From the NCBI GenBank assembly GCA_038087875.1, contig CM075977.1, forward strand, positions 17,670,001 to 17,734,000: a stretch of 64,000 bases of DNA, given 5' to 3'. Positions 1 through 11,720 of this stretch are shown here, one piece after another. The translations under genes and the position numbers were made by a program. Origin of the DNA: Malacoraja senta. Taxonomy: Eukaryota. Every line of letters begins with the position of its first letter. Position 1 is the stretch's first letter. Under the pieces are notes generated by a model. It did no database searches, was not told where the DNA came from, and worked only from the letters and a program-made list of their open reading frames with translations.

Positions 1-176
1 GTCCGAGTTGGCTGGCTTTCTTACCTCCAAAAGTGATTGTTGATCATACTGAACATGTGATAGTACAGTATGTGCAAAAAGAGCAAGTAGTAAAAAATAA
101 ATCCACCCAAGTTTGCCGAGTTGACTCGGAGCTCTCGTCAGTACAGCCATCTACACGGCGCACCGGAATCACCGGA
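1..176 (-). mobile_element. Probable 5' end of a Rex1/Babar-type LINE running off the window edge (alternative: first coding exon of a nested gene)
   Basis: ATG at 150 opens MAVLTRAPSQLGKLGWIYFLLLALFAHTVLSHVQYDQQSLLEVRKPANSD, open to position 1. A hydrophobic stretch followed by YDQQSLLEVR resembles the YDRQxLLxIR-like leader I recall in fish Rex1/Babar elements. CpG-rich, with TAGATGGC at the start. Also a strong donor GAG|GTAAGA at 25/24. Confidence 0.45.
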
Positions 177-399
177 AAAAAGTGGCAGGATGAACGAAGG
201 TTCTGCTGAAAAATGATGAGACAAATTTCCTGCATCTGGGTTTTCAGGCACCCAGTAATTTACATAAATTTGCTTCACACTAAAATATTCAACAACATTT
301 AACTTTTGTTTTGAAGTTGTGTGAATACATTTCAAGCCCAATGCATTGTAATTTGAAAGGTTTGGTGAGCATAGAACAAAACCTATGAAGAAGTCAAAG

Positions 400-868
400 G
401 CAGGATAAAAAATGTTTTATAAAAAGGATTACTTGGCTTTATTAAAAGATTATAAAAAAATAGATTTGGTAAATTACCGGTTAGTTTTTAACCAGTGTTG
501 TCAAACCTTCTGGACTTAGTATTTCAGGAAATATTTAAAGGCCGTTGACAGAATGCAGAGGATATGTACCTGGAGGTTATCAGGACTGAGGGATATCAGT
601 TCGAAAGAGGTGGAAAAGTTACGACTGTTTGTGGAACAAAGAGGTTTGCAAGTTACTTATTAGATGCATTCAAGAAAAGTAGAATGTTTTACATATTAGA
701 TGGACAAAAGATATTTTTTCAGACAATGGAGATCATAGGATTAATGGGATGAGAAATGAACAAATTCTACAGTTACCCGAGGATGAGGAAGATTAAAAAA
801 ATGTAGAATTAGAACCAAGCACAACTCTTCCAAAGAGCCAGCACAGGTACACCTGGCCAAATGGCCTC
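400..868 (+). mobile_element. Old degraded CR1 LINE 3' fragment
   Basis: Decayed ORF2 C-terminal similarity (RTEGYQF..., LDAFKK) and CR1-type 3' UTR. Confidence 0.55.
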
Positions 869-873
869 TTATA

Positions 874-1765
874 AACAATAGACAATAGGAGCAGAAGTAG
901 GCCATTCGGCCCTTCGAGCCACTATTCACTATGATCATGGCTATCATCTACGATCTGTACCCCGTTCCTGCCTTCACCCCATATCCCTTGACACCGCTAT
1001 CTTTAAGAGCTCTATCTAACTCTCTCTTGAAAGCATCCAGAGAATTGGCCTCCACTGCCTTCTGAGGCAGAGAATTCCACAGATTCGCAACTCTCTGGGT
1101 GAAAACGTTTTTCCTCATCTCTGTTCTAAATGGCTTATCCCTTATTCTTAAACTATGGACCCTGGTTCTGGACTCCCCATCATTGGGAACATGTTTCCTG
1201 CCTCTAGCGTGTCCAATCCCTTAATAATCTTATATGTTTCAATAAGATTCCCTCTCATCCTTCTAAATTCCAGTGTATACAAACCCAGGCGTTCCATTCT
1301 CTCAACATATGACAGTCTCACCATCCCGGGAATTAACCTTGTGAACCTACGCTGCACTCCCTCAATAGCATGAATGTCCTTCCTCAAACATGGAGACCAA
1401 AATTGCACACAATACTCCAGGTGTGGTTTCACCGGGGCCCTGTACAACTGCAGAAGGACCTCTTTGCTCCTATACTCAACTCCTCATTATGAAGGCCAAC
1501 ATGACATTAGCTTTCTTTACTGGTTGCTGTACCTGCATGCTTACTTTCAGTGACTGATGAACAAGTACCCCCAGATCTCATTGTACTTCCCCTTTTCCCA
1601 ACTTGACACCATTCAGATAATAATCTGCCTTCCCGTTTTTGCCCCCAAAGTGGATAACCTCACATTTATTCACATTAAACTGCATCTGCCCACTCACCCT
1701 ACCTGTCCAAGTCACCCTGTATCCTCATAGCATCCTCCTCACAGTTCACACTGCCACCCAGCTCT
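874..1765 (-). mobile_element. CR1 (HER1-like) LINE, 5'-truncated, (AATAGAC)n tail subfamily
   Basis: ORF 1148-1447 (PHLEYCVQFWSP...VQRRFTRLIPGM) is the CR1 ORF2 C-terminus; tail caatagacaatag at ~875. Confidence 0.95.
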
Positions 1766-1934
1766 TCTGGGCTATTTTTACAATTATTCTATATAATTCA
1801 CACTTCATTTGTTAATACTATTTGTTACTGTGTTAATAGACTTTTGGGATTATCCTAAAATATTAACTAATTGTGGAATCCAGATGATTGATGTTGCCAA
1901 ACTATAGAAGCATACTGTTAAGCATTAGCGTATG

Positions 1935-2040
1935 AAAGAACTGCAGATGCTGGTTTACACCGAAGATAGACACAAAATGATGGAGTAACTCTCTGGATAC
2001 AAGAATGGGTGATGTTTCGGGTGGAGACCCTCATTAGATT
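1935..2040 (-). mobile_element. Penelope-type short repeat with degenerate hammerhead core
   Basis: Reverse complement reads CTAATGA-GGGT-CTCC-ACCC-GAAA-CATC; shares aactgcagatgctggtttacaccgaagatagacacaaaatg with other copies. Confidence 0.65.
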
Positions 2041-3218
2041 CTGAATGTTAGATTTCTTTAAGAACTTTTGGGGCAGCCAGATTTAGTTGCAGTGAATTAT
2101 GACATGCCAGAAAGGAAATGGTACAGAATAATGATTTGATTTGTCGAGTAAATTCAACTGAGGAAAACAAAATGAAACAGTGCGCTATGCCAATAATACT
2201 TCAATTGTAATGCTATCATACAAGTTGCCATGGCAGTAGATGTTCACATGGCAGATGTGATTCTTATATGCATATCACTTTAAGAGGAAGTTTTTGTGAT
2301 TATATTTCAAAAGTGAATTAAAAGTTCAAGTTTTAATTAGATGGCTCTGCTCATTGAAATTTCAGGCCGCTGCAAAAGAAATATACTTCATAATGAATAA
2401 ATCTAAAAATAAAATCTTGTATAATGAAGAACTATATATATGATTGGGATGAGTCCTGTACAGCAGATTAATGTCCCATGGTTCATAACGCAGTGTGTAA
2501 GGTGAGAAATTGTGGTGATAATTACTTGTGACTCTCATATGGATATTTCATTGGAATTTCTAAATGAACACAATCCATACAAACTTGGAATTGTGCTTAC
2601 TAATCTGCAGAAAGGAATAGATCTTTGCTCTACTTAGGATAACTTGGTCAATTTGTTACGCACATAAATTAATCTAAAGGAAAGAAAATATGTGTTACAC
2701 ACAAATTCCACTAAAGCCAAAATGAAATGTCAGTCTGGCTGCACAGCTGTTTATTGTGTCATGACCAACAATCTGACACATTTACTGATCAACTGAGAAT
2801 GAAAATATGAATAGACAGATGTAAAAGTTAATCATCTTGCATAAAAATCTCAAAATAAACTACTGAGTAATTCATATACATTGATATTTCTCCTGGATAG
2901 TATACATGTTCCACAGATTAGAACATTTTATGTTTATGGAGGCCCACAAGTAAGACTTAGCAAATTTGGATACTGGCAAAGTACCCACTGCTTGTCATTA
3001 TAGGATGGCACTCTCATTAAAACATTTACCTGCACATCATTTGAGCCAAATTTTTAAAAATCGCAATGTTTAAAGATAAAGATTTCAGCCACCAAACTGG
3101 ACAACTCACTCGAATGAGAATAATCTGCATGAGCCTTCTTAAACAGCCCATTTTAAACCTCAACTAATCATAAGGGAATGTATTTTCCCCTGTAAGGGCG
3201 AATGCAAATCTGAACGCT

Positions 3219-3989
3219 CAGGCACGTAAATCGCTATCAAAACATGGGGGGGACATAATTTCTTGGCGGCCGCGTGCGCGCATGTTCACACACACACATG
3301 CGCACACACGCATGTAGACGGTAATATCGGAAGCTGACCTATTGGTGACCGACTCTAAACTCCAGCAACAGCAGCTTCGTTGGCCCCGAATTGTGGGGCT
3401 TGAATCAGCCCGTTCACGGGGCCTTTCATCGGCCGGCTGGGGCTCCAACACCAGGATTCCCCCATCAGATTGTTCCCGATGTTGGGGAAGTCCAGGACAA
3501 GTCCAGCTTAAGGATAAGGGGGAAATCCTTTAAGACCAAGATGAGGAAAAACTTTTTCACACAGAGAGTGGTGAATCTCTGGAACTCTCTGCCACAGAGG
3601 GTAGTTGAGGCCAGTTCATTGGCTATATTTAAGAGGGAGTTAGATGTGGCCCTTGTGGCTAAAGGGATCAGGGGGTATGGAGAGAAGGCAGGTACGGGAT
3701 ACTGAGTTGGATGATCAGCCATGATCATATTGAACGGCGGTGCAGGCTCGAAGGGCCGAATGGCCTACTCCTGCACCTATTTTCTATGTATCTATGTATC
3801 TATGAGCCTCGATCGCCTCGATGCAGCAGTTTGATTTTAAGCCATGCCCGGGGAACGGGCCGATTCAGCCCTTAGAAAACGTTTGATGAAGTCCGGATTA
3901 CAAAACATGGGGGGGGGGGGATTGTCCCCTACCTCTCAAATCATGGGGGGGGGGAGTGTACCCCCGTCCCCCCAGGATTTCCGCCCATG
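3219..3989. mobile_element. Non-autonomous hAT DNA transposon with 8-bp TSD
   Basis: TGAACGCT at 3211-3218 and 3990-3997; imperfect TIRs CAGGCACGTAAATC / (rc) CATGGGCGGAAATC; CpG-rich interior. Confidence 0.88.
3467..3804 (+). mobile_element. CR1 3' end nested in the hAT element
   Basis: ...FFTQRVVNLWNSLPQRVVEA...GYGEKAGTGY* followed by a (ctatgtat)n tail. Confidence 0.93.
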
Positions 3990-4499
3990 TGAACGCTAAA
4001 TACTTACTGAACTAGGAACTCCCTACCAAGTAGAAAAATGAACAATTCAGCACATCCTAAAACATAATGGCACATTCACCATCTTTATGACAGCAATTTG
4101 AATGCATATCTGTTAGATCAAGTGAAAGTTACAGAAAATAAAAGTACCAAACTTCCTTGATCATCGGAGTTCAATTAAAACATACAGCAAGCCGATTCTG
4201 GAATACCTGATGAAAATGCAGTAGTTAAGAGCAGTAATTAATCTTGGAACGTCTTCATCAGTTGTTGACCTTCAGAATAATGTTACATAATATCAGATAG
4301 ATACATGAAATCATGCAGATTCTCTAATGGATGAAAGACCATTATGTGAGTTCCTTAGAACTACTAGCCATGCTATAACATGCTAATGATTTCCAAGAAG
4401 ATGAAAAGTTTCAAATTATAAATACTTATGTTTCCTGAAGTCCTTCACATATAGATTCATCAGACAGTTCTTCAAGCCAGAGACCCTGAGCAGTTAGAT

Positions 4500-5235
4500 T
4501 GAGCTGTTTATCTTTCCTTCATTCAATCTATTTTCACCCTCAGCCAACCAACATCCCAGTTTTATAAATTTCAGTTGCTCTGACATCCATGGCCCTTACA
4601 CTAAAAGCAATCCTGATTTCCTAAATGAGTTAGCTCTCACTTTTAAATTATGCCCTTGCTCAGGATTCTCCAACCAGTAGAAATAGCTTCACTGTATCCT
4701 GATTAATAGAATAGTTAAGCTATTTAATCACCGTTAAAACAATAGTAATTCAGTATCGTCGAAAGCCAAATGAGTTTAATCTATAAACTTGTGGTAATAT
4801 AATAAAATGTGTACAATTTCCCCTCATAATTTTCACTTTTTAAACTCTGATGTAATTTTAATAAATTATGCTGTAAAACTTCCAAGGACTGTCTGTCTAC
4901 TCTGGATTTAATAATCCAACCAGACTCAATATCATCTGCCCCACAATTTTTTGTATTTTTTACTGATTGGTAAATACAGACACCTAAATCCATCTGCTGC
5001 TCTCTCATTTTACCTTTGTTGACCTTTATTGGATCCAAGTGAATCACTTCACATCTCCCCAGATAAAACTCCATTACCATGGTTTTGTCAATTTGTTTAG
5101 TTTTTCTATATCTTATTTTATAATTTCCTGACAGCTGGCATAGATCTGTGGCTCATTTAACTTAAAGGGTCTCCAGGTTTCATCAACAAATATGGCTATG
5201 CAACTCTATGCTTCTTCATCCACATTAGTTATACA
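4500..5235 (-). mobile_element. Old CR1 fragments
   Basis: Decayed CEVIHL motif (ORF 4781-5080) and 3' UTR similarity. Confidence 0.55.
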
Positions 5236-5238
5236 AAT

Positions 5239-8170
5239 AGAAACATAAAAAATAGGTGCACTTAGAAAATTGGCACTTCAAGCCAGCACCACCATTCTTC
5301 CACAATCAGTAACCCTTCTCCCCATATCCTTTGATTCCGCTAGCCCCTAGAGCTCCATCTAACTCTCTTTTAAATTCATCCAGTGAATTGGCCTCTACTC
5401 CCTTCTGTGGCAGAGAATTCCACAAATTCACAACTCTCTGGGTGAAAAAGTTTTTTCTCATCTCAGTTTTAAATGGCCTCCCCTTTATTCTTGTGGCCCC
5501 TGGTTCTGGACTCCCCCAACAATGGGAACATTTTCACTGCATCTAGCTTGTCCAGTCCTTTTATAAGTTGAGGCCAGTTCATTGGCTATATTTAAGAGGG
5601 AATTAGATGTGGCCCTTGTGGCTAAAGGGGTCAGGGGGTATGGAGAGAAGGCAGGTACGGGATACTGAGTTGGATGATCAGCCATGATCGTATTGAATGG
5701 CGGTGCAGGCTCGAAGGGCCGAATGGCCTACTCCTGCACCTATTTTCTATGTATCTATGTATCTATAATATTATACATTTCTATAAGATTCCCTCTCATC
5801 CTTCCAAATTCCAGTGAATACAAGCCCAATCTTTCCAATCTTTCCTCATATGACAGTCCCGCCATTATGGGGATTAACCTCGTGAACCTACGCTGCACTG
5901 CCTCAATAGCAAGGATGTCCTTCCTCACATTAGGACACCAAAACTGCAAACAATACTCCAGATGTGGTCTCACCAGGACCCTGTACAACTGCAGAAGGAC
6001 CTCTTTACTCCTATACTTAAATCCTCACATTATGAAGGCCAACATGCCATTAGCTTTCTTCATTGCCTGCTGTACCTGCATGTTTACTTTCAGTGAATGG
6101 TGTACAAGGACACCCAGGTCTCATTGCACTTCCCTTTTTCACAATCTGACACCATTGAGATAATAGTCTGCCTCCTTGTTCTTTCTGCCAAGGTGGATAA
6201 CCTCACATTTATCTACATTATACTGCATCTGCCATGCATCTGCCCACACACTCAACCTGTCCAAGTCACCCTGCAACTTCCTAGCATCCTCTTCACAGTT
6301 CATACTGCCACCCAGCTTTGTGTCATCCGCAAATTTGATAATGTTACTTTTAATCCCATCATCTAAATCATTAATATATATTGTAAATTCTTGCGGCCCC
6401 AGCACCGAGCCTTGCGGCACTCCACACGCCACTGCCTGCCATTCTGACAGGGAACAGTTTACTCTTCCTACTCTTTGTTTCCTGTCTGCCAACCAATTCT
6501 CTATCCATGTCAATACCCTACCCCCAATACCATGTGCTCTAAAATTGCCCACTAATCTCCTGTGTGGGGCCTTATCAAAGGCTTTCTGAAAGTCCAGATA
6601 CACTACATCCACTGGCTCTCCTTCATCCATTTTACTTGTCACATCCTCAATAAATTCCAGAAGATTAGTCAAGCAGGATTTCCCTTTCATAAATCCATGC
6701 TGACTTGGACCACGCCTTTAACTGCTATCCAAATGCGCCATTATTACTTCTTTAATAATTGACTCCAGCATCTTCCCCACCATCAATGCCAGGCTAACTG
6801 GTCTATAATTCCCCGTTTTCTCTCTCGCTCCTTTCTTGAAAAGTGGGATAACATTAGCTACAGGAACAGATCCTGAATCTATAGAACATTGGAAAATGAT
6901 CACCAATGCGTCCATGATTTCTAGAGCCACCTCCTTGATGCAGATCATCAGGCCCTGGGGATTTATCAGCCTTCAGTCTCATCAATCTACCCACTACCAT
7001 TTCTCGCCTAATGCAAATTTCTTTCAGTTCCTCTGTCCTCTAGTACATCTGGGAGATTAGTTCTGTCTTCACTAAGGAAGACACAAACAAAATACGTTCA
7101 ATTCTTCTGCCATTTCCTTGTTCCCCATAATAATTTCACCTGTTTCTGCCTTCAAGGGACCCACATTTGTCTTTACTAATTTTTTTCTCTTAACATACCT
7201 AAAGAACTTTTACTATCCTTCCTTATATTCTTGGTCAGCTGACCCTCGTACTTCATTTGTTCACCCCTTATTGCCCTTTTTGTTACCTTCTGTTGTCTTT
7301 CCAACCCTCTGACTTTCCGCGGCTCTTTGCTATGTTATACACCTTTTCCTTTAGTTTTATTCCATCCCTAACTTCCCTTGTCAGCCACGGTAGCCTCTCA
7401 TTCCCCTTAAAATCTTTTTTCTTCTTTGGAATGAAATGATCCTGCATCTTCTGGATTATGACCAGAAATTCCTGCCATTGCTGTTCCACCGTCATTCCTG
7501 CTAGGATCCTTTTCCACTCAACCGTGGCCAGCTCCTCTCTCATGCCTTCATAGTCCCCTTTGTTCAACTGCAACACTGACACTTCTGATTTAAGCTTCTC
7601 CCTCTCAAATTGCAGATTAAAACTTATCATATTATTGTCACTACCTCCAAGCGGTTCCTTTACCTTGAGTTCCCTTATTAAATCTGGTTCGTTATACAAC
7701 ACTAAATCCAGAATTGCCTTCTCTCTGGTAGGCTCCAGTACAAGCTGCTCTAAGAATCCATCTCTCTACACTCTACAATCAGAGGCACTCTACAAACTCC
7801 CTTTCTTGGGGTCCAGAACCAACTGGATTTTCTCAGTCTACCTGCATATTGAAATCTCTAATAACCACAGTTGCATTACCTTTGTTACATGCCAATTTTG
7901 ACTCCTGTTGCAACTTGCACCCTATATCCAGGCTACTGTTTGGGGGCCTGTAGATAACTCCCATTAATGTCTTCTTACCTTTACAATTCCTCAATTCTAT
8001 CCATAGCGATCTACATCGTCAGTCCCTATGTCACCCCTCGCAAGGGACTGAATTTCATCCCGCACCAACAGAGCTACCCCACCTCCTCTGCCCACCTGCC
8101 TGTCTTTCTATAGGACATATAACCCTGAATATTCAATTCCCAGTCCCGATCCACCTGCAGCCATGTCTCT
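5239..8170 (-). mobile_element. CR1 LINE, ~2.7 kb (part of endonuclease, RT, 3' UTR), frameshifted and interrupted by a nested CR1
   Basis: ORFs 7283-7702 (EPLGGSDNN), 6718-6948 (NYRPVSL), 6139-6690 ([28 protein letters not shown]), 5755-5988. Confidence 0.96.
5567..5763 (+). mobile_element. CR1 3' end inserted antisense into the host CR1
   Basis: Near-identical to ~3604-3800; flanked by TATAA (5562-5566, 5764-5768); host sequence resumes in register. Confidence 0.9.
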
Positions 8171-8739
8171 CCAATAGGTCATGGCACAAACCCCTGGAGA
8201 ATAACAATGATCATATTTCTTTTATTTCTATTTGCTGCTCCTTTTCAAAATTTCTGTTGACCTAGAATCCACAGACTAAGTATTAAAAAAAGAATCCTAA
8301 TTTCCTCAATGACTTTACTCTAATTTAAAAAATTATGACCTTGTTCTGGATTCCCCAATCAGAGAAAATATCTGCACCAAATAATTATTTTATTGTTTCA
8401 ACCACTATGTTGTTAAAACAATAGTAATGCACTACTGCCTAAACAGTACATTTTAATGGATATCAAGAAATGAATTCTGCAATAACCAATTCTATTTATA
8501 GTATATTGTATGTAAAAAATAGCTGTCACTAAATATCTCCTGAGATTATAGATGAAGAAAACACAGAGGTAGCATAGCGTCAATACAATGCTGGTTGCAA
8601 ATTTATGGAAATGTTATTCCAACTGGCATTTCCTATTTGTGTTTTATAAAATAAATTAAATGATCAAAAATGAAGAGTGTGTTTATTCTCTTTCTTTTCA
8701 AATCAATCCTCCTGCTCATAATTTCCTTTTATTCGGTTA

Positions 8740-9490
8740 AGATCTTCATCAATGGTTCAGTGGTGGATAGAGTCAACAGCTTCAAGTTCCTGGGCATGCA
8801 TATCTCTGAAGATTTGACTACTACCTCAGAAGATTGGGGAGATTTGGTATGTCGATAACTACTCTCTTGAACTTCCACAGGTATAAGGAAAAGAGCATAT
8901 TGACAGGTTGCATTACAGCCTGGTTCAGTGACCCGAATGTTCAGATTACTGAAACTGGTGAACAATGCCAGGTTCAAAATAGGTACTGACCTCCCCACCA
9001 TCAAAAGGATCTATAGGAGGCAATGATTTAAAATGGTTGCCAGCATCATCAAGTACCTACACCAGCCTGGTAATGCACTCTTTTCACTCCTGCCATCAAG
9101 AAGAATGTATACGAAGGAGTCTGAAAACTGTAATGTCCAGATTCAGGAACAGCTTCTGCTCAACAACCATCTATTGAACACTGTGAACTCCGGGGATCAT
9201 GACAGAAGCTTCCTCGTGGCGATCCCTGGAACCGACAAAGCGATGCACTCTGTGACGTGTCGGGCGATAATTCTGTCAACATGTTGGACGACGACAGAAG
9301 CCAACAGCGAGCTACATCGTCTGACACACGAGCAAACGAACTATGAATTCCAACAAAACTACAAACTGCCTGGGTTGCAATAGGGACTTCAGGCTTTGTT
9401 TTGTTTTTGCATTATGTTGGTTTTATATTTATTGAACTTTTTTTTGCAATTGTATTATTTATTGAGCACTGTGTTTTCAAACCTGTCGTG
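8740..9490 (+). mobile_element. Old Rex1/Babar LINE 3' fragment
   Basis: INGSVVDRVNSFKFLGMHISEDL motif; ASIIK..HQPGNALFSLLPSRR. Confidence 0.8.
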
Positions 9491-9518
9491 CTGCTGCTGC
9501 TGCTGCTGCATACGAATG

Positions 9519-9612
9519 TCTGAAGAAGGGTCTAAACCCGAAACGCCACCCATTCCTTCTCTCCAGAGATGCTGCCTGTCCCGCTGAGTTACTCCAGTTT
9601 TTTGTGTCTATC
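9519..9612 (+). mobile_element. Penelope-type repeat with near-intact minimal hammerhead core
   Basis: CTGAAGA-A-GGGT-CTAA-ACCC-GAAA-CGCC at 9520-9547. Confidence 0.7.
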
Positions 9613-9615
9613 TAA

Positions 9616-10153
9616 AGGGCCTGTCCCACTTATGTGACTTTTTCGGCGACTGCCGGCACCCGTTATAGGTCGCCGAAAATGTTCTCCTTCCTGCCCGAGG
9701 GAAGTTCGGTCGACGAAAATGTTGGCTCATTGCGGAAAAAAAAGTAACCAGGAGTTTTCAGAACCAAGGATAACCGACTAATGCTAAATGTCCTCCGAAC
9801 TTCACAGCTGTGTATCTCTGGCTTATTAAAAGTTGTCTGGCTTCTTAAAAGCTGTCTCCACTCCTTCTCCCTCTTTTAAAGGACTTACTGTACACTGTGC
9901 TAGCCGTCTTAATTACAGCGCCAACCTTCCTGTTCATTGCGGTGTGTGTCTTTATCACCTTGGCTTCGTACCATGTGAATTTCAGACAGCGCTCCCCCGC
10001 TTGCCCTGGCCCCCGCCTTTGTGATGTGTTTGCATGTGTGCGTGTGTTCCACTCTGACAGTCGCCGTTCCAGTTCCCGCTTTTTCAGGTGACTGCCGGCG
10101 AATTGACAGTCGCCGGCAGTCTGCTGAAAAATCGCCTAATTGGGACAGGCCTA
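9616..10153. mobile_element. PIF/Harbinger-like MITE
   Basis: TIRs agggcctgtcccactt...ggcgactgccggc / gccggcagtc...tgggacaggcc; flanks TAA/TTA; interior homologous to 39740-40187. Confidence 0.82.
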
Positions 10154-10348
10154 TTATAAATTCTGTGGATTTGAATATTCTATTCACAATCAAGAACTAT
10201 GTCAAATAAATTCTTATTCTTATCTCATAGTAGATATTTTGATACACACCTGATATTTTGAGGCTCCACTATTCATTATTTATGTAATTTCTAAATAACT
10301 GCAAATGTATAAATACTAACAGAGAAGACAAAGTTACTGTTTAGGATT

Positions 10349-10578
10349 CACCGAAGATAGACACAAAATGTTGGAGTAACTCAGCGGGAAAGGCAGCATC
10401 TCGGAATGGAAGGAATTTGTGAGGTTTCTGAAGACCATTTGGAGACCATTCTTCAGATGCTTCTCGATGCGAACGTCACCCATTACTTCTCTCCAGAGAT
10501 GCTGCCTGACCCGCTGAGTTACTCCAGCATTTTGTGTCTATCTTTGGTGTAAACCAGCATCTGCAGTTCCTTCCTACA
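10349..10578. repeat. Inverted pair of Penelope-type repeats
   Basis: gatagacacaaaatgttggagtaactcagcggg... followed by ...cccgctgagttactccagcattttgtgtctatc. Confidence 0.8.
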
Positions 10579-10829
10579 CAAGCCACAGAGCATGTAGGCC
10601 TGGAGACATAAAAGACTGCAGATCCTGAAATCTTTACCATGTTCTATATCCACGTTTTCACATCTTGCCGCCAGAAATAGGCACACAGAATTGCAGTGAG
10701 ACATGGTAAAACGCAGATATCAAATTTATAAAAGAAATCTGCTAAATTTACTTTCTGCATGTGATGTAAATCCTCATCCTCACTAGTTATGGTGCTTAAT
10801 CATATTGTTTTGTAAAGGACAATGAAATA

Positions 10830-11720
10830 TTGAAGTGGAGAGCTTCAAGTTCCTTAGCAGAAATATTATCAACAATTTGCCCTGATCCAATCACATTAAC
10901 ACTATGGTCTAAAAAGTACATCGATGCCTCTACTTCCTCAAAAGATGAAGGACAATCGCGTGCCTTAAATGGCTCTTACCAACTGCTACATTTGTACCAT
11001 TTGGATGCCTCACTCCTTGGTTTGCCAACTGATCCACCCAAAAGCACAAGAAATTGCAGAGAGTTGTGGATGCAGCCCAGTCCTTTGCGTAAATTAGCCT
11101 CCCCTCGATTGATTCCATTTACACTTCATGTTACATGGGGAAAGTAGCCAACATAATCAAGGACCATTCACACACCGTTTTTTCCTCTTCTGTCCTCCTC
11201 AGTGGTGCAAAAGGCACAACACCCTGAAAGCACACTCCTCTAGTTTCAAGAACAAATTCTTCCCTGCTGCTATCAAATTCTTGAACAAACCTTTTGTAAG
11301 CTAAGGATGAATTTCTGATCCCCCTATCCATGTCATGGTGGCCCTTGCACCTTTAGAGTCATAGAGTGATACAGTGTGGAAACAGGCCCTTCGACCCAAG
11401 TTTGGTCCATATCCCTCCAAGCTTGTCCTATCCATGTACCTGTCTAACTGTTTGTTAAATGTTGGGATAACTGTTTGTTAAATGTTTGTCTAACTGTTTG
11501 TTAAATGTTGAGTCCCAGCCTCAACAACCTCCTCTGGCAGTTTGTTCCATACCCCCACCACCCTTTGTGTGAAGCACCCTTTTGTCTACTCTTTCCCTGT
11601 AACTGTAACAATATTTTGCAACCCGTTTCCTTTTCCTTTTGCACTACTTGTTATACTCATGTATGGTTTTAATTTTTACCTGGATAGCAAACAAAACAAC
11701 GTTTTTCTCTGTATCTTGGT
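10830..11720 (+). mobile_element. Old Rex1/Babar 3' fragment interrupted by a minus-strand CR1-tail fragment (~11355-11575)
   Basis: gtggagagcttcaagttcct and aaattgcagagagttgtggatgcagcccag motifs; AATAAA-type 3' end. Confidence 0.65.

Noticed and set aside
2464-2501. Plus-strand micro-exon candidate ending AAG|GTGAGA
   Set aside because: No polypyrimidine tract and no partner exons
5684-7901. Plus-strand ORFs over CR1 copies (also 16819-18561 and 50941-53024)
   Set aside because: Antisense shadows of CR1 ORF2
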